Made by a program: the position numbers and the translations under genes
Shown here: positions 13,304 to 26,600 of the stretch, in pieces
Layout of the letters: each line of letters opens with the position of its first letter
How positions within the stretch are numbered: the first letter of the stretch is position 1
Assembly: GCA_964019425.1 (NCBI GenBank)
Contig: OZ025793.1
Span: 1,240,001 to 1,304,000 of the forward strand
Source: Flectonema sp. DT1601
Lineage: Eukaryota
Direction: 5' to 3'
DNA: 64,000 nt
Notes under the pieces: generated by a model
Databases searched by the model: none
The model's input: the letters and a program-made list of their open reading frames with translations, nothing else
What the model was told of the DNA's origin: nothing

Positions 13304-14716
13304 GTTTCTCACTTTAGTAGAAGTGTGCAAAAGTAAAGGAAACAAAAGAAGAAAGAAACGAACTAAGTCGACAAACGAAAAGAAAAAGAAAACCAACTGA
13401 AGACGCATCCTGTCTTGCTGCAATGGTGGTCAGGAGCTTGCTACGCGTAGTTCTCTTTATTCCAAAATCAATTAAAGAAAACCGATTGTTGGTCATTTGA
13501 GAAAAAAGAAAAAAACAAAAAACAAAAAAATGCGCAAACTTATGTTCGTTTAAAAAAAAAAAAGGAGCTAATATTCTTTCTTTCTTTTGTTTCTTTTTTT
13601 TTTATTAAAAACGAGAAGCTATTCTCTGGTGTGGTTTGATTCTGTTTGAAAAAAGAATTGAAAAGTGGGATAAAGAAAAAAAGAATTTAAGAAATAAAAG
13701 TAAGAATGTTTCAGCTTTCTAGGAAGCTGCTGTGATCTGTGCTGTGCCTACCAAAAATGTGTGAATTAAAACTAGCCGACGTGATTAAAATACGTGAAAC
13801 ACCGTAACCATTTTCAGGATTCGCTGCTCCTACGAGATTCCAGCAAACAATTAAAATATGTTGTGTATTCTAAAATGAGGTCTCTTGTTTTTTGTTTCCC
13901 CTCCCACAAGTATTTTTGTTTCCTCCTTTTGGTTTGTTGAGCACCCTGAGAGTTTTTTTTTGTTTTTTCTCCTTTTGTTTTTTTTTTCTTTCCCGCGAAT
14001 ACTAGCCGCATTCGGAGCCCTCTTTTTTTTATTTTTTTCAACAAAAAAAAAAAAAAAAAAAAAAAATTGGGTGTAAAAACAGTTTGATTTTACTCGTGTT
14101 TTTATTTTTTTGCTTACTAGCCTCCCACTTGGTAATTAAGGACGTTAATGTTTTAGGTTCGTTATTTAAAAAAAAAAAAATTAAGTAGAGCCTTTGGTGT
14201 CTTTTTCCCCGAGTGGAGAATTCGTAACATGAAACTAAAAAAAAACATTATAAACGATTGGCAAAACGGTATTTCTTTGTGCTAAGTGTCGGAAAGAGGG
14301 ACAAGGAGAAAAGATCGTGTGACGGCGTGTGTGTGTTTTTTTCTGTTTTCGGGTCCTTAGCTACTCCGAAAAAACGTCGCATTGACCTCGTTTGGTACTC
14401 GGTTTATATACAGACTTTGACTAAGAAATCTGTTCCACTGCACTGACAAAACGTGTTGGCAGTTTGCAGATTACTTGGGTAGTCCAGTTGGGTATTCCTT
14501 GCTTCTCGTCTAAAATATTATTGTCTTTTTGCTTCGGGTCTATGCGTGAAGTCTGCAGAAGAAGAAATAGTTTTAATTTACACGATTTTCTTTCACAATC
14601 ATAAACAACCACATGAGACTTATTCTGGAAAGCCATTTGCCTGATTCAGAGCGTAAGATGAACTCTGTTTTGATACAACAGAATTATTTGAATCATCTCC
14701 AGCTACACATTTTAAT

Positions 14717-15421
14717 ATGACTCAGGTGACTTTGGAAAGCGTCAGACGCCGCATTGCAGAACCTGATGAGTCTCTCGATATGGCACTCCAGCGATATTAT
14801 GATGATCGTCAAACGTGTCGGAAGTGCGGAAGTGAGTACAACGCTTCAGCTAATAATATTGGAAGTTGTGTAGGACACACAGGAGAGTTAGTATTGGATA
14901 AAGTATCCACAGCGAGGAATGTCACAGTTGGTCTACTGTTAGGTGCTGGACTAGGTGCCAGTGTTGGAATCGCAGGGTATGGTGTCGCAAAATTAGCAGC
15001 AATCGCAACAAGCACAGGTACAGGTAGTTCAATGTCTGGATTGGGTACGGTAGCAACAGCAGCAAACGCTTCAGGAGCGACATCTGCTGGGGCCACTGCT
15101 GCTGCTACTGGTGCTGGTGTTGGATCGTTAGCAACAGCAGCAACAGCTTTTGGAACTACTTCTACAGCCACAGCTTCTCCAATTGCGATAGCAGCAGCCA
15201 GTCCTACTGCCCTAACCAGTACTGGTGCTGCTGTTGGAGGAGGTGTTGGTGGTGTTTTCAAAGGAGTTGAGTCGTCCATTCAAAAAGTTGGAGAGAAAGT
15301 TGGCTCTTACAAATGGACGTGTTGCGGATATCATCAGTATGAAGAAACTTGTGATGGACGACAATCAATGCACATCCCATTCCCACCTGCTGACTCCTCT
15401 TCAGTTGAAGTCACCTCGTAA
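14717..15421 (+). CDS. zinc-finger-like protein (CxxC...CxxHxG...WTCC...H) with a Gly/Ala/Thr-rich hydrophobic insert
   Basis: Motifs read from the translation. Confidence 0.7.
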   Translation: MTQVTLESVRRRIAEPDESLDMALQRYYDDRQTCRKCGSEYNASANNIGSCVGHTGELVLDKVSTARNVTVGLLLGAGLGASVGIAGYGVAKLAAIATSTGTGSSMSGLGTVATAANASGATSAGATAAATGAGVGSLATAATAFGTTSTATASPIAIAAASPTALTSTGAAVGGGVGGVFKGVESSIQKVGEKVGSYKWTCCGYHQYEETCDGRQSMHIPFPPADSSSVEVTS

Positions 15422-15495
15422 CTATTATTAATTACAGTTGATTGTTAGTTATATTATTTATTATCTTTAGTGCGGAAACCCTATCGTAGGGTATG

Positions 15496-15533
<38 letters not shown>

Positions 15534-15951
15534 GCATCAGTTTATGGTTTTTAAATACTTCGGAAGACATTGAAATTAATCGATATTTTCAATAAGAGGC
15601 TTCTTGTAGTTTTACCAACTGCTCTTTCTTGATTTCTGTTTCATTACACGTATTGCATTACACGATCATTTTCAATGACAGTATTTTGATTTGTTTCATT
15701 CATTCTTCTTTTTCTTTTTTTTTTTTTTTCCCGCCTCTTTTACTGGGAGGTTAGTGCTTCCGATTCCTCTCTTTTACAAACCAACAATTGTTATTCTTTT
15801 CGTGATATCTAATTGTTAAAAATACCTGTCGTGGAGTAGACGCTGTTCAACCCCACGCAGCAATTATAGAAATGATGACTATGAGTATAGACTTTGATCT
15901 TGTTTGAGTATTTTGTAATTTATATTTTTTCAGGTCACAAGTCAGTTTAGA

Positions 15952-17790
15952 ATGACTGCAATGTCGTCATCATCGGCCGATATTCATGAGTGGAGTCTTG
16001 ATGATGTTAGTAACTGGTTGGGAGCATGTGGTCTCTGCAGACTAATAGAAACCTTTAGAGACAACGGTGTTGGAGGACGAGCTCTTCTCAGTGTCACAAA
16101 ACAAGATTTAAAAGATGAATTAGAAATAACTAATTATCTTGATAGGAAGATGCTTTGGAAAGAGATAGAAGCAATTCAAGAACGAGGTGGTGCATTTAAT
16201 GGAAGCTTCTGTAGTTCTTCAGAAGTTGATATTGATGGGGAGAGTTTTGGTCATTCAGTATCATATTTACGAGCTCAGAGTTTCGATTCAACACTCACAC
16301 TAACTGAGGTATCTTCAGACGCGTCGGATTGGTCAACTGAACGACACACGAGACACAATCTACGAGTATCACCCCACCTTGTTATTGAAGCCTCAGAGCT
16401 CTCAATCGTCACCTCTCGTCTAAAAGTTTTAGCAAACGGTGCGACAGTTGAAAGATTTATAAAATTATCTTCCCAAGAAAACGGCATTCTGGAATTAATA
16501 ATGGGAACTCTACTCTACGGGTTAATTGGGAAGAAGATGCCAACAAAAGACATCGCAAGAAAGGAAATAAACCAATCAGCAATTACAATGCTCAGAGCAT
16601 ACTGTGTAATGCCTGAAGAAGGGATGACAATATTAAGTACATGTAATATACTAAGGAGACTGCCCCAGTCTCTTAGTAAGATCGTCCGTGATGCTATTCG
16701 TGTTTGTGAGGATGTATCACCTCCGAGGAATCGTCATACTGTGTTGAGTGACAAGGACTTAGGATCGCTAATTCAAATATTTAAACTTTCTGATACGATA
16801 AACAATTTGTACACAACAAATAAAAAATCAATTACCAACAATCATATTGATCCAAACAACAATAAGTCATCCGTAGTAGTACCACAACAACATAATAATT
16901 GTATGTCACAAACTGATGTTCAACAAATAACAGAACACATATCAACAAGTAAAGATGCTGCTTCGTGTATTATAATTACTTTGCTTAAGAGATTACTGCC
17001 GCAGGCCACTCCGTTGTCGTCGCTGTCTGATCATCTTCCTCGATCAGCGATATCATTACTGAGAGCTTATGGATTAAATAATTCTGCGACACCAGGTAAT
17101 CTACCAACACTCGACTCATGTGCAGAATCATTAATTATTTGTAAAGTACTTCCTCGTTTTGTTAGGGATGTTGCTAAAGCTCTTGGGATACACACAGCTG
17201 AAGCATTCCAAAGTCTACTTAACCCTGATAGTGAGAAGTATATCAGACAAACTAAACCAAAACCGCCGACGAAAGACTTTAAACCTGGTGACTTGATTGT
17301 TATCTCTTCCAATATTGATGAGGCAAAAGTTGCCTGCGAATCAAATAAGAAGATCGGTTGGTCACTTGAGATGGGCGCGTATATCGGAAAGACTGGTTAT
17401 GTTAAAAGATTCTTTAAGGATACTGACAAAGTCCGCATCCTCCACGAGGATGATGTTATATGGACATGGCCAGCATCGTGTTGTAAGGGTGTTGCTAGAC
17501 CGTTGGCGCTTCGTAAAATGACTTTAAATGCTCTCTCTACTTCTCCTGCTCAGATTCACACCACTCCATCACTGAAGTCACCAATTGTCTCGAAGGTATT
17601 TCCTGGTAGCGATATCACAGTCGCTGAAAGTAAGGAATCTTGGCTCCGACTTCACGGCGGCGGATGGACTCCAGACTCTCCTTACTGGGCAGAAGATATG
17701 CCGCAGCCAAAATCACCACCGATGCTCTCCCTTCCTTCTGATTCCTCTACCTCGGTGGAAGTATCACTCCCAAGTAGTCCTTTAATTTAA
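15952..17790 (+). CDS. SAM-domain protein with C-terminal SH3-like (Mind-bomb repeat-like) modules
   Basis: WSLDDVSNWL...FRDNGVGGRALLSVTKQDLKDELEI (SAM); WSLEMGAYIGKTGYV...WTWP. Confidence 0.8.
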   Translation: MTAMSSSSADIHEWSLDDVSNWLGACGLCRLIETFRDNGVGGRALLSVTKQDLKDELEITNYLDRKMLWKEIEAIQERGGAFNGSFCSSSEVDIDGESFGHSVSYLRAQSFDSTLTLTEVSSDASDWSTERHTRHNLRVSPHLVIEASELSIVTSRLKVLANGATVERFIKLSSQENGILELIMGTLLYGLIGKKMPTKDIARKEINQSAITMLRAYCVMPEEGMTILSTCNILRRLPQSLSKIVRDAIRVCEDVSPPRNRHTVLSDKDLGSLIQIFKLSDTINNLYTTNKKSITNNHIDPNNNKSSVVVPQQHNNCMSQTDVQQITEHISTSKDAASCIIITLLKRLLPQATPLSSLSDHLPRSAISLLRAYGLNNSATPGNLPTLDSCAESLIICKVLPRFVRDVAKALGIHTAEAFQSLLNPDSEKYIRQTKPKPPTKDFKPGDLIVISSNIDEAKVACESNKKIGWSLEMGAYIGKTGYVKRFFKDTDKVRILHEDDVIWTWPASCCKGVARPLALRKMTLNALSTSPAQIHTTPSLKSPIVSKVFPGSDITVAESKESWLRLHGGGWTPDSPYWAEDMPQPKSPPMLSLPSDSSTSVEVSLPSSPLI

Positions 17791-18519
17791 TATTTCTTAA
17801 CCTAACACCTAAACACTTCATTCATTTGGTGTTTTCAATTCTTTTTCCCCTTCCTTTCAACCTGCCTACAGTTGCGGATGTACCCTCGCAAATGTAAAAA
17901 CTGTTTTTTTCGTAAATTACTAATTCCCGTCAGCTGGTTTGTCGCAGCTTCCCAAATTATTATTTTAAACAAAAGAGTCGTGGATCGCAATGAAAGAGAG
18001 GGATTGGTGCATAAAGCCGAAAAAGTCCCCTTATTGGTATGGACGAGTCTACTCTTCTGCTTTCTATTACCCTTTAAAATGAAACTTGATGAGGGTTGGC
18101 AGATGTTGCGATCTTACATCGTACTGCGATAGTTCGAATCGCTTTGGAGTTTTATTTTGTTGTAATTCCTCCGATTTATTATCCATCGTGAGCTTAGCTG
18201 TTTAGTTGGATCTTTGGGAGCTTTGATGTATCAAGTTGCTCCGTTTTAAGAAAAAGAAAAAGAACCATTTACACTAGTGAACTCCTAGTGAACGATACAG
18301 CTGGCGGTTCCCCGCAAATGTTTTCGTTCTACTCAAACTTAATATTTCAGGCTGTCGCCTTTCTTATGTTTCTGAGTTTATTGATATTTATTTGTGAGCT
18401 CAAGTGAGCTGTCAAAGTGTTGATTCCTTTAGGAGAGTCTTATCATAAACTTTACGACTACTAATTATTAATATCAATTCCTCTTTTTAGATTTATTTTC
18501 AACTACTAGTGGAGGCTAA

Positions 18520-19041
18520 ATGGGGCTACTTCCGGTCCCTGACGGCGCCACGGCATGGGCAGCAGGCTTTGCATCTGCTGGAGTGGCACTCTACGCTGGA
18601 GGAACAGGTTGGATGCGAAAAGCATACGCTACGAGATTAAAGAGAAAGGTTGACAGACTTACAGTATACTATGAAGACTCATTTCGGGAAAGAGAGATAA
18701 ATTGGATCGATAGCATCATACGAACAACAGTCTCCCTTGAAGGAATGACAGTATTAGTATGCAGAGCTGATGAAATTACCAGCGACATCGTTCTCCATCC
18801 GATCGACGGAGCATTCGCATGTACACCAGAAGCAATATCTGACTATGTAAATAACAGAGAAGAAGCAGCCATAATATTTTCACCGATTGACAGTGCTTCA
18901 TTAGAACGTATATCCGGAGAGGGTTATCTAGACTCTCTTGCCTGTTCCCAACCAGAGTTACTGGCTTGCAATAATATATTTTATATAAATCAAAGAAGTC
19001 TTCGTCTTATACGACTCTCTCAAACTGTACCCTGCGACTAG
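18520..19041 (+). CDS. hypothetical protein with N-terminal membrane anchor
   Basis: Pyrimidine tract-AG at 18490; hydrophobic AWAAGFASAGVALYAGG. Confidence 0.65.
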   Translation: MGLLPVPDGATAWAAGFASAGVALYAGGTGWMRKAYATRLKRKVDRLTVYYEDSFREREINWIDSIIRTTVSLEGMTVLVCRADEITSDIVLHPIDGAFACTPEAISDYVNNREEAAIIFSPIDSASLERISGEGYLDSLACSQPELLACNNIFYINQRSLRLIRLSQTVPCD

Positions 19042-20063
19042 ATAAAGTTGTTTAGTTGGCGATCTATTTGTTGGGTACGTACTTGGATTACCGGAGGGCG
19101 TTCTTGTACCATAAAGCTTTGATTAATAGCCTGTCTATTGTTTTCGCCATGCCTTACGATTTCATTCATGCAGAAGATAACCTTAAATAGGTGTCTCACC
19201 TCTGATTATGTACCATTGTGACTGATTGTTCATCACATCGATAAAAAAAAAGAGGGGAAAAAGACATACGAGAGAGTGAGAGGGGAAAAAAGTTTTGTTA
19301 TGTAATTTACTCATTACACTTCTGTTTTGTTCAAATACCAATTAATATTGGATGCTTTTCATATTACCTTTTTTATTTTTTTCTCTCCCTTTCCCCCCCC
19401 TGTGGTTGTATTTTCTGTTTTCTATGTTGCGTCCGCAGCGTTCCTACAACTCCCGAAAAGAAGGTATCGAGCATTTGATGGAGTCAGTTTTGTGTAAAGC
19501 AAAATAAGTGTTGTGGTCATGATAAACGTTAGTTCAGTTGAATTAACGTATTGAACCAGCGAAGGTGTTCATCTCTGTTTGAGCTCTACTCTATCTCAGA
19601 ATAGTATTTTGAAGGATTGTTATGTGTTCGTATCGACTCTAGCCATTTGGATACAATTATATTGTGAACCTACTTGTCAGCGTGTCTAACCTGTACTGCT
19701 CTACATCAGTTACCTCTAATTTATCCTGTTGTTGATTAGCTTGACTTGTAGTCTAGACTGCACTACTTTGAGAGTGCTGTCTTTTTTATGTGCAACCTTC
19801 CCATTCCCAATTTCCTCCCTTCCTCTCAGATTAAGATTTAAGAAATACTTTTACTGAAGCACTTAGATGCTTCGATATGTTGTCCGTTTTATATTTCCAC
19901 TCAGCAACTATCTTGAGGCGGGGAATGTGATTTATTGTTTTTGATGTGTTTTGAAATTTCATTTTTTTTTTTTTCAACTTAGGACGACCTTCATAATCGC
20001 AGATCAAAAAGAATGACGCAAACTGTTGTATTTTTAATAAATTAATTCCACGACAGGTATTAC

Positions 20064-20741
20064 ATGTCATCTGTATTAGGCAACGGGATGGAATTGAAAT
20101 TACTCCCGCCACTGGGAGAAGCTACCTGTCGTGTGTATTTCTGTCGTCATGGAAGAACGACATTAAACGCGCAGAATATCGTTCAGGGAGGTGGAATGGA
20201 CGCTCCTTTAGATGATGTTGGTATAAAACAAGCAGCTCAGTTAGGTAAGGCATTTAATCATATTGAAGTTGATACGGTTCTGACTTCAGCAATGGCTCGT
20301 GCAATTGACACAGGAAAAGAGATAAAAACTAAAAACAACCGTCTGATCGACGCTCGACTAAATGAAATGCATTATGGAGAACTGGAAGGACATCCGATAT
20401 TTGTTGGAGAAACGAAGCGAAAGATTGCTGTGGCATATTCTCATTGGCTGAAGGATGATGCAGACTATTGTCTTCCTGGACCTTTAGGAGAATCTTTCAC
20501 GATGGTTGTTGATAGGAGTAAGGCTGCTGTTCATGATTGCATTGAAAAGTTCAACCCAAATCATCTGGTAGTAGTTTGTCACTCTCGTTTAATAAGAGTT
20601 TTACTCGCACACCTTAATAATAGTGGTCCTTCTGGAATGGATAAGGTACAATCTGATAATTGCAGTATCGCTGTATTCGATTTTTGTAAATCAGCTCTGA
20701 AATCTAAAATGGTAGCAACAAACCTTGTTTCACACTTGTGA
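20064..20741 (+). CDS. histidine phosphatase / phosphoglycerate mutase family protein
   Basis: RHG motif, TSAMARA, LNEMHYGELEG, GESF, VVCH, NCSI. Confidence 0.9.
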   Translation: MSSVLGNGMELKLLPPLGEATCRVYFCRHGRTTLNAQNIVQGGGMDAPLDDVGIKQAAQLGKAFNHIEVDTVLTSAMARAIDTGKEIKTKNNRLIDARLNEMHYGELEGHPIFVGETKRKIAVAYSHWLKDDADYCLPGPLGESFTMVVDRSKAAVHDCIEKFNPNHLVVVCHSRLIRVLLAHLNNSGPSGMDKVQSDNCSIAVFDFCKSALKSKMVATNLVSHL

Positions 20742-21051
20742 TAGCAGTCAGTTTTAAGAAAGTTTTTTTATCAAATTTATTGTTTCTCGATGATATGTTC
20801 CGATTTATATCATTGTTGTTGCAGTCAATGTTGTCTGTTCACATTAAATATGACAGCTTTAAACTAAACCACAACCATGATCTAGTTTGTATTCTGTTTT
20901 TTTTTTTTAATTTTTTTTTTTCACGTATTTTCACAGTCACAACTTTTTTGTTGCTGTTCGACTGATTAGCTGATTGTGTTTTTTTTGTTTGTTGACAACC
21001 ATTGAAAAGTTAAATATTTTATCAATCAGTTTTATTAACTAAAAAAAAAAA

Positions 21052-21495
21052 ATGATGACATGTCACCAATGCTCGAAAGCGATTACTGGTGAGCACCTGT
21101 TGATAGAGTTCCCTGGTAAAGGAGAGATACCAGTTCATGAAGAATGTTATGAACAGATGGTTCCAAATTGCTCATGGTGTCGTATTGACTTAACAGACTC
21201 ATACGTAATGTATAAAGGTGATTATGGTATTGTTAATCTTCACGAAGGTTGTAAAGATGCTTTTGTTGCTGCGAATGTTAATACGAAATCAGCAGACGCG
21301 ATCAAATCGATTTCAAAACCATCTGAACAGCGTGATGCAGGTGGCAGTAACGACCGTCTCTTTATTGATAAGTATTCAATTACAGAACTTAAAACAGAAC
21401 TATCTCGTAGATCAATTCAATACCCAACAGGAGCGAAACGATCTGAACTCCTAAAAGTTCTTAGGGATAATTGGGATGCTTCAATTACTTATTAA
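21052..21495 (+). CDS. LIM-like double zinc finger plus C-terminal SAP/HeH-like domain
   Basis: CxxC..HxxC twice; YSITELKTELSRRSIQYPTGAKRSELL. Confidence 0.7.
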   Translation: MMTCHQCSKAITGEHLLIEFPGKGEIPVHEECYEQMVPNCSWCRIDLTDSYVMYKGDYGIVNLHEGCKDAFVAANVNTKSADAIKSISKPSEQRDAGGSNDRLFIDKYSITELKTELSRRSIQYPTGAKRSELLKVLRDNWDASITY

Positions 21496-21689
21496 TTCCT
21501 TCACACGTTTGACCAAAGCTCCTTAATTGGAAAGCCTTCTAACTCACATTATGAAAGTCATGCGAAATATATTATTAGTGACATGGTTGACTATTCCTAT
21601 TGTTATTTTGAATTACTTATTAACCAACAATCAGAAAACAATATTTAAAATGAGGATATTCATAATCACAACTCCATAAGGTTTATAAG

Positions 21690-22355
21690 ATGGATATTGA
21701 TGGGGCATTCAGTGGGTGGGAAGGAACTGCAAACAGTGAGCAGATATTCGACGCGTGTCAGCAGCTAACCAATAAGCAATTAGACCCTATACCACCTCCT
21801 CCGAAGTTAAAAAAGAAACACAGCAGAGATTTTATAAAACGAAATAAAACACTTCACAGGGACAGGGAGGACAAGCATAAAAGCTCAGCTGTAATAATAA
21901 AAAATAAACTCGAATTCAATCTCAGTGGGTGGATACCTGAAGTACCTGCGGAAAGGATGAGGGAGCCGTTTTTGCCGAGAAAACTTCAGAAAGCTAAACT
22001 GCAGCCATTGCCCCCTCCGGTAGCTAATTCAGGTACTCGATCGCAGCAGTTTCGACAAAAGCTTCATGACGTTCATCCACCGAGAAAGCAACGCAGCTCA
22101 GTTTGTCATTTAATTCTCAGAATTGAAGAAGAACGCGAGCGTATTGAAAAGCAATCAACTCAACTAGCTGACATGCTCGTTAAGGAACGCCAACAAGAAC
22201 GACTTGCTAAACAGCAAGCCGCTGAATGGAAGAAGAGTGGCCGACTGCGTACACTTGGCCACGTGCTACCGCTACTACCACCTCGAAAACTCCACCTTCC
22301 CGTAGATATGTCTAAGGAAGATGATAGCGAAGTTCTCATTGGGAAAGGTTATTAA
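21690..22355 (+). CDS. basic, Pro-rich hypothetical protein with coiled coil
   Basis: 221-aa ORF on the cluster strand. Confidence 0.6.
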   Translation: MDIDGAFSGWEGTANSEQIFDACQQLTNKQLDPIPPPPKLKKKHSRDFIKRNKTLHRDREDKHKSSAVIIKNKLEFNLSGWIPEVPAERMREPFLPRKLQKAKLQPLPPPVANSGTRSQQFRQKLHDVHPPRKQRSSVCHLILRIEEERERIEKQSTQLADMLVKERQQERLAKQQAAEWKKSGRLRTLGHVLPLLPPRKLHLPVDMSKEDDSEVLIGKGY

Positions 22356-23688
22356 TAGGTCACGCAATCACACATAACAACACATGAAGTATTCGTGTGT
22401 TGGTATTGCGACTGTCGCTTGTCTTCCCAATTCAACTCGCAGATACCTAACACCTCTTCGAAGTATCGATTACGTGTAAATTAACTACAATAAGAAAGAA
22501 GACGATGATGAGTGTCGCTACGTTTATTCAATCAAATATATAAGATAATGTTCCCATCACGTTGTGTTTGTTATCCTTGTCTACCTGACTACTATATTTC
22601 TATAAACTCTGAAGAGAGCTTTAGTACTTTGTAATCACATCAAATTATTTCACTAGTATTCATCATAACAAAACTTGTTGAGAGAGTGCTGAGCGTCTGA
22701 TGACTGGATACCCACAACTGGGACTTTATATAAGAAAGAAAAGAAAAAGAAAAATCAGTGTGCGAGTACGCAGTAAATAATACGAGCAGACTTTATATTA
22801 TTACTTACTCGGCATTTTATTGTCTTGAGTTCTTAAGACCTGCTGTTCGACACGTTTTCAACTTAAACAATCAAATAAAAAAAAATATTTTAATAAAATA
22901 GTTTATTCTACAAACAAACTCTCATAAGTCTGATATTTCACTTTGCTGAGTATTCTTATGTTTAGATATGGTGAATTCTTTGTGTGGAGAGCCTTATTTC
23001 TTTTTTGTGAGTGTTGATCTTTGTGTCATCCAGGTGTTCTGACTGTAAAAGAGATGACTCTCTTTGTCGAATAACGAGTGTGTTTTTTTTTTTTTTTTTT
23101 TTAACCATTTCATGCAGCAAGACCGCGCAGCAAAACGAAGTATCAAGCAACATGAAAAATCCAGTTTTTTTTGGAACCAGTAATTTGTTGTTGTCGTTAT
23201 TGCTATCGTACAAGGCTGAAGTGCTTCCGTTAGTAGTACAGCAGTCGGCGTGGACTGACTTTTTATTTTTGTCTAATTAATTTCGCTATCAATGTTACTG
23301 CATTGAAACTCTTTTGATAGGTGACTAACTCTTGGCACGGGTCAGCTTTCACAAACTCGACTTCTTTTCTTTCAGTGAGTCATTCAGCTATTTTCTTGCT
23401 TTTTTTTGTAATTGTTTAACAGTGGCTTTTTATCTCATTCACTTAGTCGCTCACTCACACTTCACCGCGGCTTCAATACAGCTGTTAGCCAGCCAAGTGC
23501 TTTTTTTGCCTTCAGTTTCCTGCCGAGCTTTGGTTTATTTTTCTTAAGCAGTAACTTATTTTCTTTTTTCGCTTCTTTCCTTCGACAAACTAAGATTTTT
23601 CTTAAAAAAAAGAGTATTCTCGAAAATTACAAAATGTTAAAGGTTATTTCTTTTCTACAGGACGACGTTCCGTCATCTTTGACATAAG

Positions 23689-26600
23689 ATGCGCCGCATC
23701 GTTGGATCGGGGATAGCAATCTCATCATCTACTACTCGGACAGTCAGATGTTGTAAACTCCGAAGAGATCTTGAACAAATGCTTGGCGATGCAGCAAAAG
23801 AAGCCACAACGAACCCGCTCCCAATTGACATTAGGAAGGAAAAAGCTGAACATTTTCGGGAATTGAAAGCATCTGGAGCTACGGTGACAAAAAAAGGATC
23901 TAACCAAGCTTTAGATAAATTACTTAATATGGTCAGTGGCGGAGTTGCCTGGCCAGACCCAACTAAGAAAGTATCCGCTGATGACCTTCCTTCATTTATG
24001 AAACACGCAACCGATCCATCTCAGCCACTCGCTGACTCAATGGGGATGGAAGCTCCGTTGCCTGAGGAAGAGATGCCAGACTTTCTGAAGAAAGGTAAAA
24101 AGACAAAGTCGGTGAGTAGTAAAGATGATTCCCCATCACAAAAACAGCCGCAACAAAAACGCGACACGTCTAAACTCCACTCGCTTTCGGTACCTGGAGG
24201 AGAAGAAGAAGAGGAACCTGAACTCGAGCCCATCCCCGTCCGCCGAACAGAAACATCTGTTAGTCGCAATCGGGAAAATGTCAAAGCTGCTGATATTTTG
24301 AAAAATAAAAACACTGAACCCTTTATAAAGAATGATGATTCTGAGCTCCCAGACTTCTTAAAAGGAGATCACCCACCAAAGATTCCAAGCGGCAAATCGG
24401 AGAGCAAGCGGAGAGCACCTTCGAGCCCGCAAAAAAATGGCGAGCCGAAGCCAGAAGTGACAAGCGATAACAATAATAACGATGATGATTTGCCAGACTT
24501 TCTTAAAGCAAACGAAGGAAAGCGGCTATCAAACGAGCAGCCTGAAGACTCCGACGCTGATCTTCCTGAATTCCTAAAACCGAAAACATCAAAACAAAGT
24601 GAAGCTATTGAAGACGATGATGACCTCCCTGACTTTTTAAAACCTCAGAGTGCCTCACGGCAAACCCCAAAGAAGGCTGCACTGTCTGCAGGCGAACAAA
24701 TGCAAGACAGCGACGACCTTCCTGATTTCCTAAAACCTCAACAGACTTCATCAACGAGACAATCCGAACCTGCATCGACGGCGCAAGATAACGATAGCGA
24801 CCTTCCAGATTTTTTAAAGCCGCAGCAAAATGATTCGCAGTCTCCGGAAAGAATCGACAACTCTGACGACGATCTTCCCGACTTCCTGAAGCCCCAGAGC
24901 AATTCGACTCAGGTTGACTCTACGAAACAACCACATCAAAAAACTTCTGAAAGACCTGTGAGGCCATCTGCTGACATACCAAAGCAACAGTCGGAGGCGA
25001 ATAAAAGCATCGACAACTCTGATGACGATCTTCCTGATTTTCTGAAGCCTCAGCAACAAAGCACTTCACCACCAACCAAAAGCATCGACAACTCTGATGA
25101 CGATCTTCCTGACTTTCTGAAGCCTCAGCAGCAAAGCACTTCACCACCAAAGAAAAGCATCGACAACTCTGACGACGATCTTCCCGACTTCCTGAAGCCC
25201 CAGAGCTATTCGACTCAGGTTGACTCTACGAAACAACCACAGCAAAAAACTTCTGAAAGACCTGTGAGGCCATCTGCTGACATACCAAAGCAACAGTCGG
25301 AGGCGAAGGAAAACATCGACAACTCTGATGACGATCTTCCTGACTTCCTGAAGCCTCAGAGCAATTCAAGTCAGCAAAAAACTTCTGTAAGACCTGTGAG
25401 GCCATCTGCTGACATACCAAAGCGACAGTCGGAGGCGAAGAAAAGCATCGACAACTCTGATGACGATCTTCCCGACTTCCTGAAGCCCCAGAGCAATTCG
25501 AGTCAGGCAGACTCCACGAAACAACCACAGCAAAAAACTTCTGAAAGACCTGTGAGGCCATCTGTTGACATACCAAAGCAACAGTCGGAGGCGAAGGAAA
25601 ACATCGACAACTCTGATGACGATCTTCCTGATTTTCTGAAGCCTCAACAACAAAGCACTTCACCAACCAAAAGCATCGACAACTCTGATGACGATCTTCC
25701 TGACTTCCTGAAGCCTCAGAGCAATTCAAGTCAGCAAAAAACTTCTGAAAGGCCTGTGAGGCCATCTGCTGACATACCAAAGCAACAGTCGGAGGCGAAG
25801 GAAAACATCGACAACTCTGATGACGATCTTCCTGACTTCCTGAAGCCTCAGAGCAATTCAAGTCAGCAAAAAACTTCTGTAAGACCTGTGAGGCCATCTG
25901 TTGACATACCAAAGCAACAGTCGGGGGCGAAGGAAAACATCGACAACTCTGATGACGATCTTCCTGACTTCCTGAAGCCTCAACAACAAAGCACTTCACC
26001 AACCAAAAGCATCGACAACTCTGATGACGATCTTCCTGATTTCCTGAAACCTCAGAGCAATTCAAGTCAGCAAAAAACTTCTGAAAGACCTGTGAGGCCA
26101 TCTGCTGACATACCAAAGCAACAGTCAGAGGCGAAGGAAAACATCGACAACTCTGATGACGATCTTCCTGACTTTCTGAAGCCTCAGAGCAATTCAAGTC
26201 AGCAAAAAACTTCTGAAAGACCTGTGAGGCCATCTGCTGACATACCAAAGCAACAGTCAGAGGCGAAGGAAAACATCGACAACTCTGATGACGATCTTCC
26301 TGACTTTCTGAAGCCTCAGAGCAATAATAATTCGAGTCAGGCGGAGTCCGCAAAACAACCACAGCATCGATCAGAACAAGAGAATATTTCGGATGACCTT
26401 CCTGACTTTCTGAAACCCCAAACAGGAAATCATTCCAATAAAGATGATAACAATGATGATTTGCCTGACTTCTTGAAACCTTCAGCGGGTAAGTCAGTCC
26501 CCGCTGAATTGAATACAGAAGAACTACGAGAGGAAAGTAACCATAACTCAGATGATCTTGCTGACTTGCCTTTACCGAAATCGTCGTCCAGACCAGTTCG

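Noticed and set aside
13196..14636. Short ORFs in the A/T-rich intergenic region
   Set aside because: Products of homopolymer tracts; most likely UTR sequence
22505..22590. Possible C/D snoRNA (ATGATGA...CTGA with an rRNA-like antisense GTTATCCTTGT)
   Set aside because: The guide is not correctly spaced from the D box and there is no convincing terminal stem
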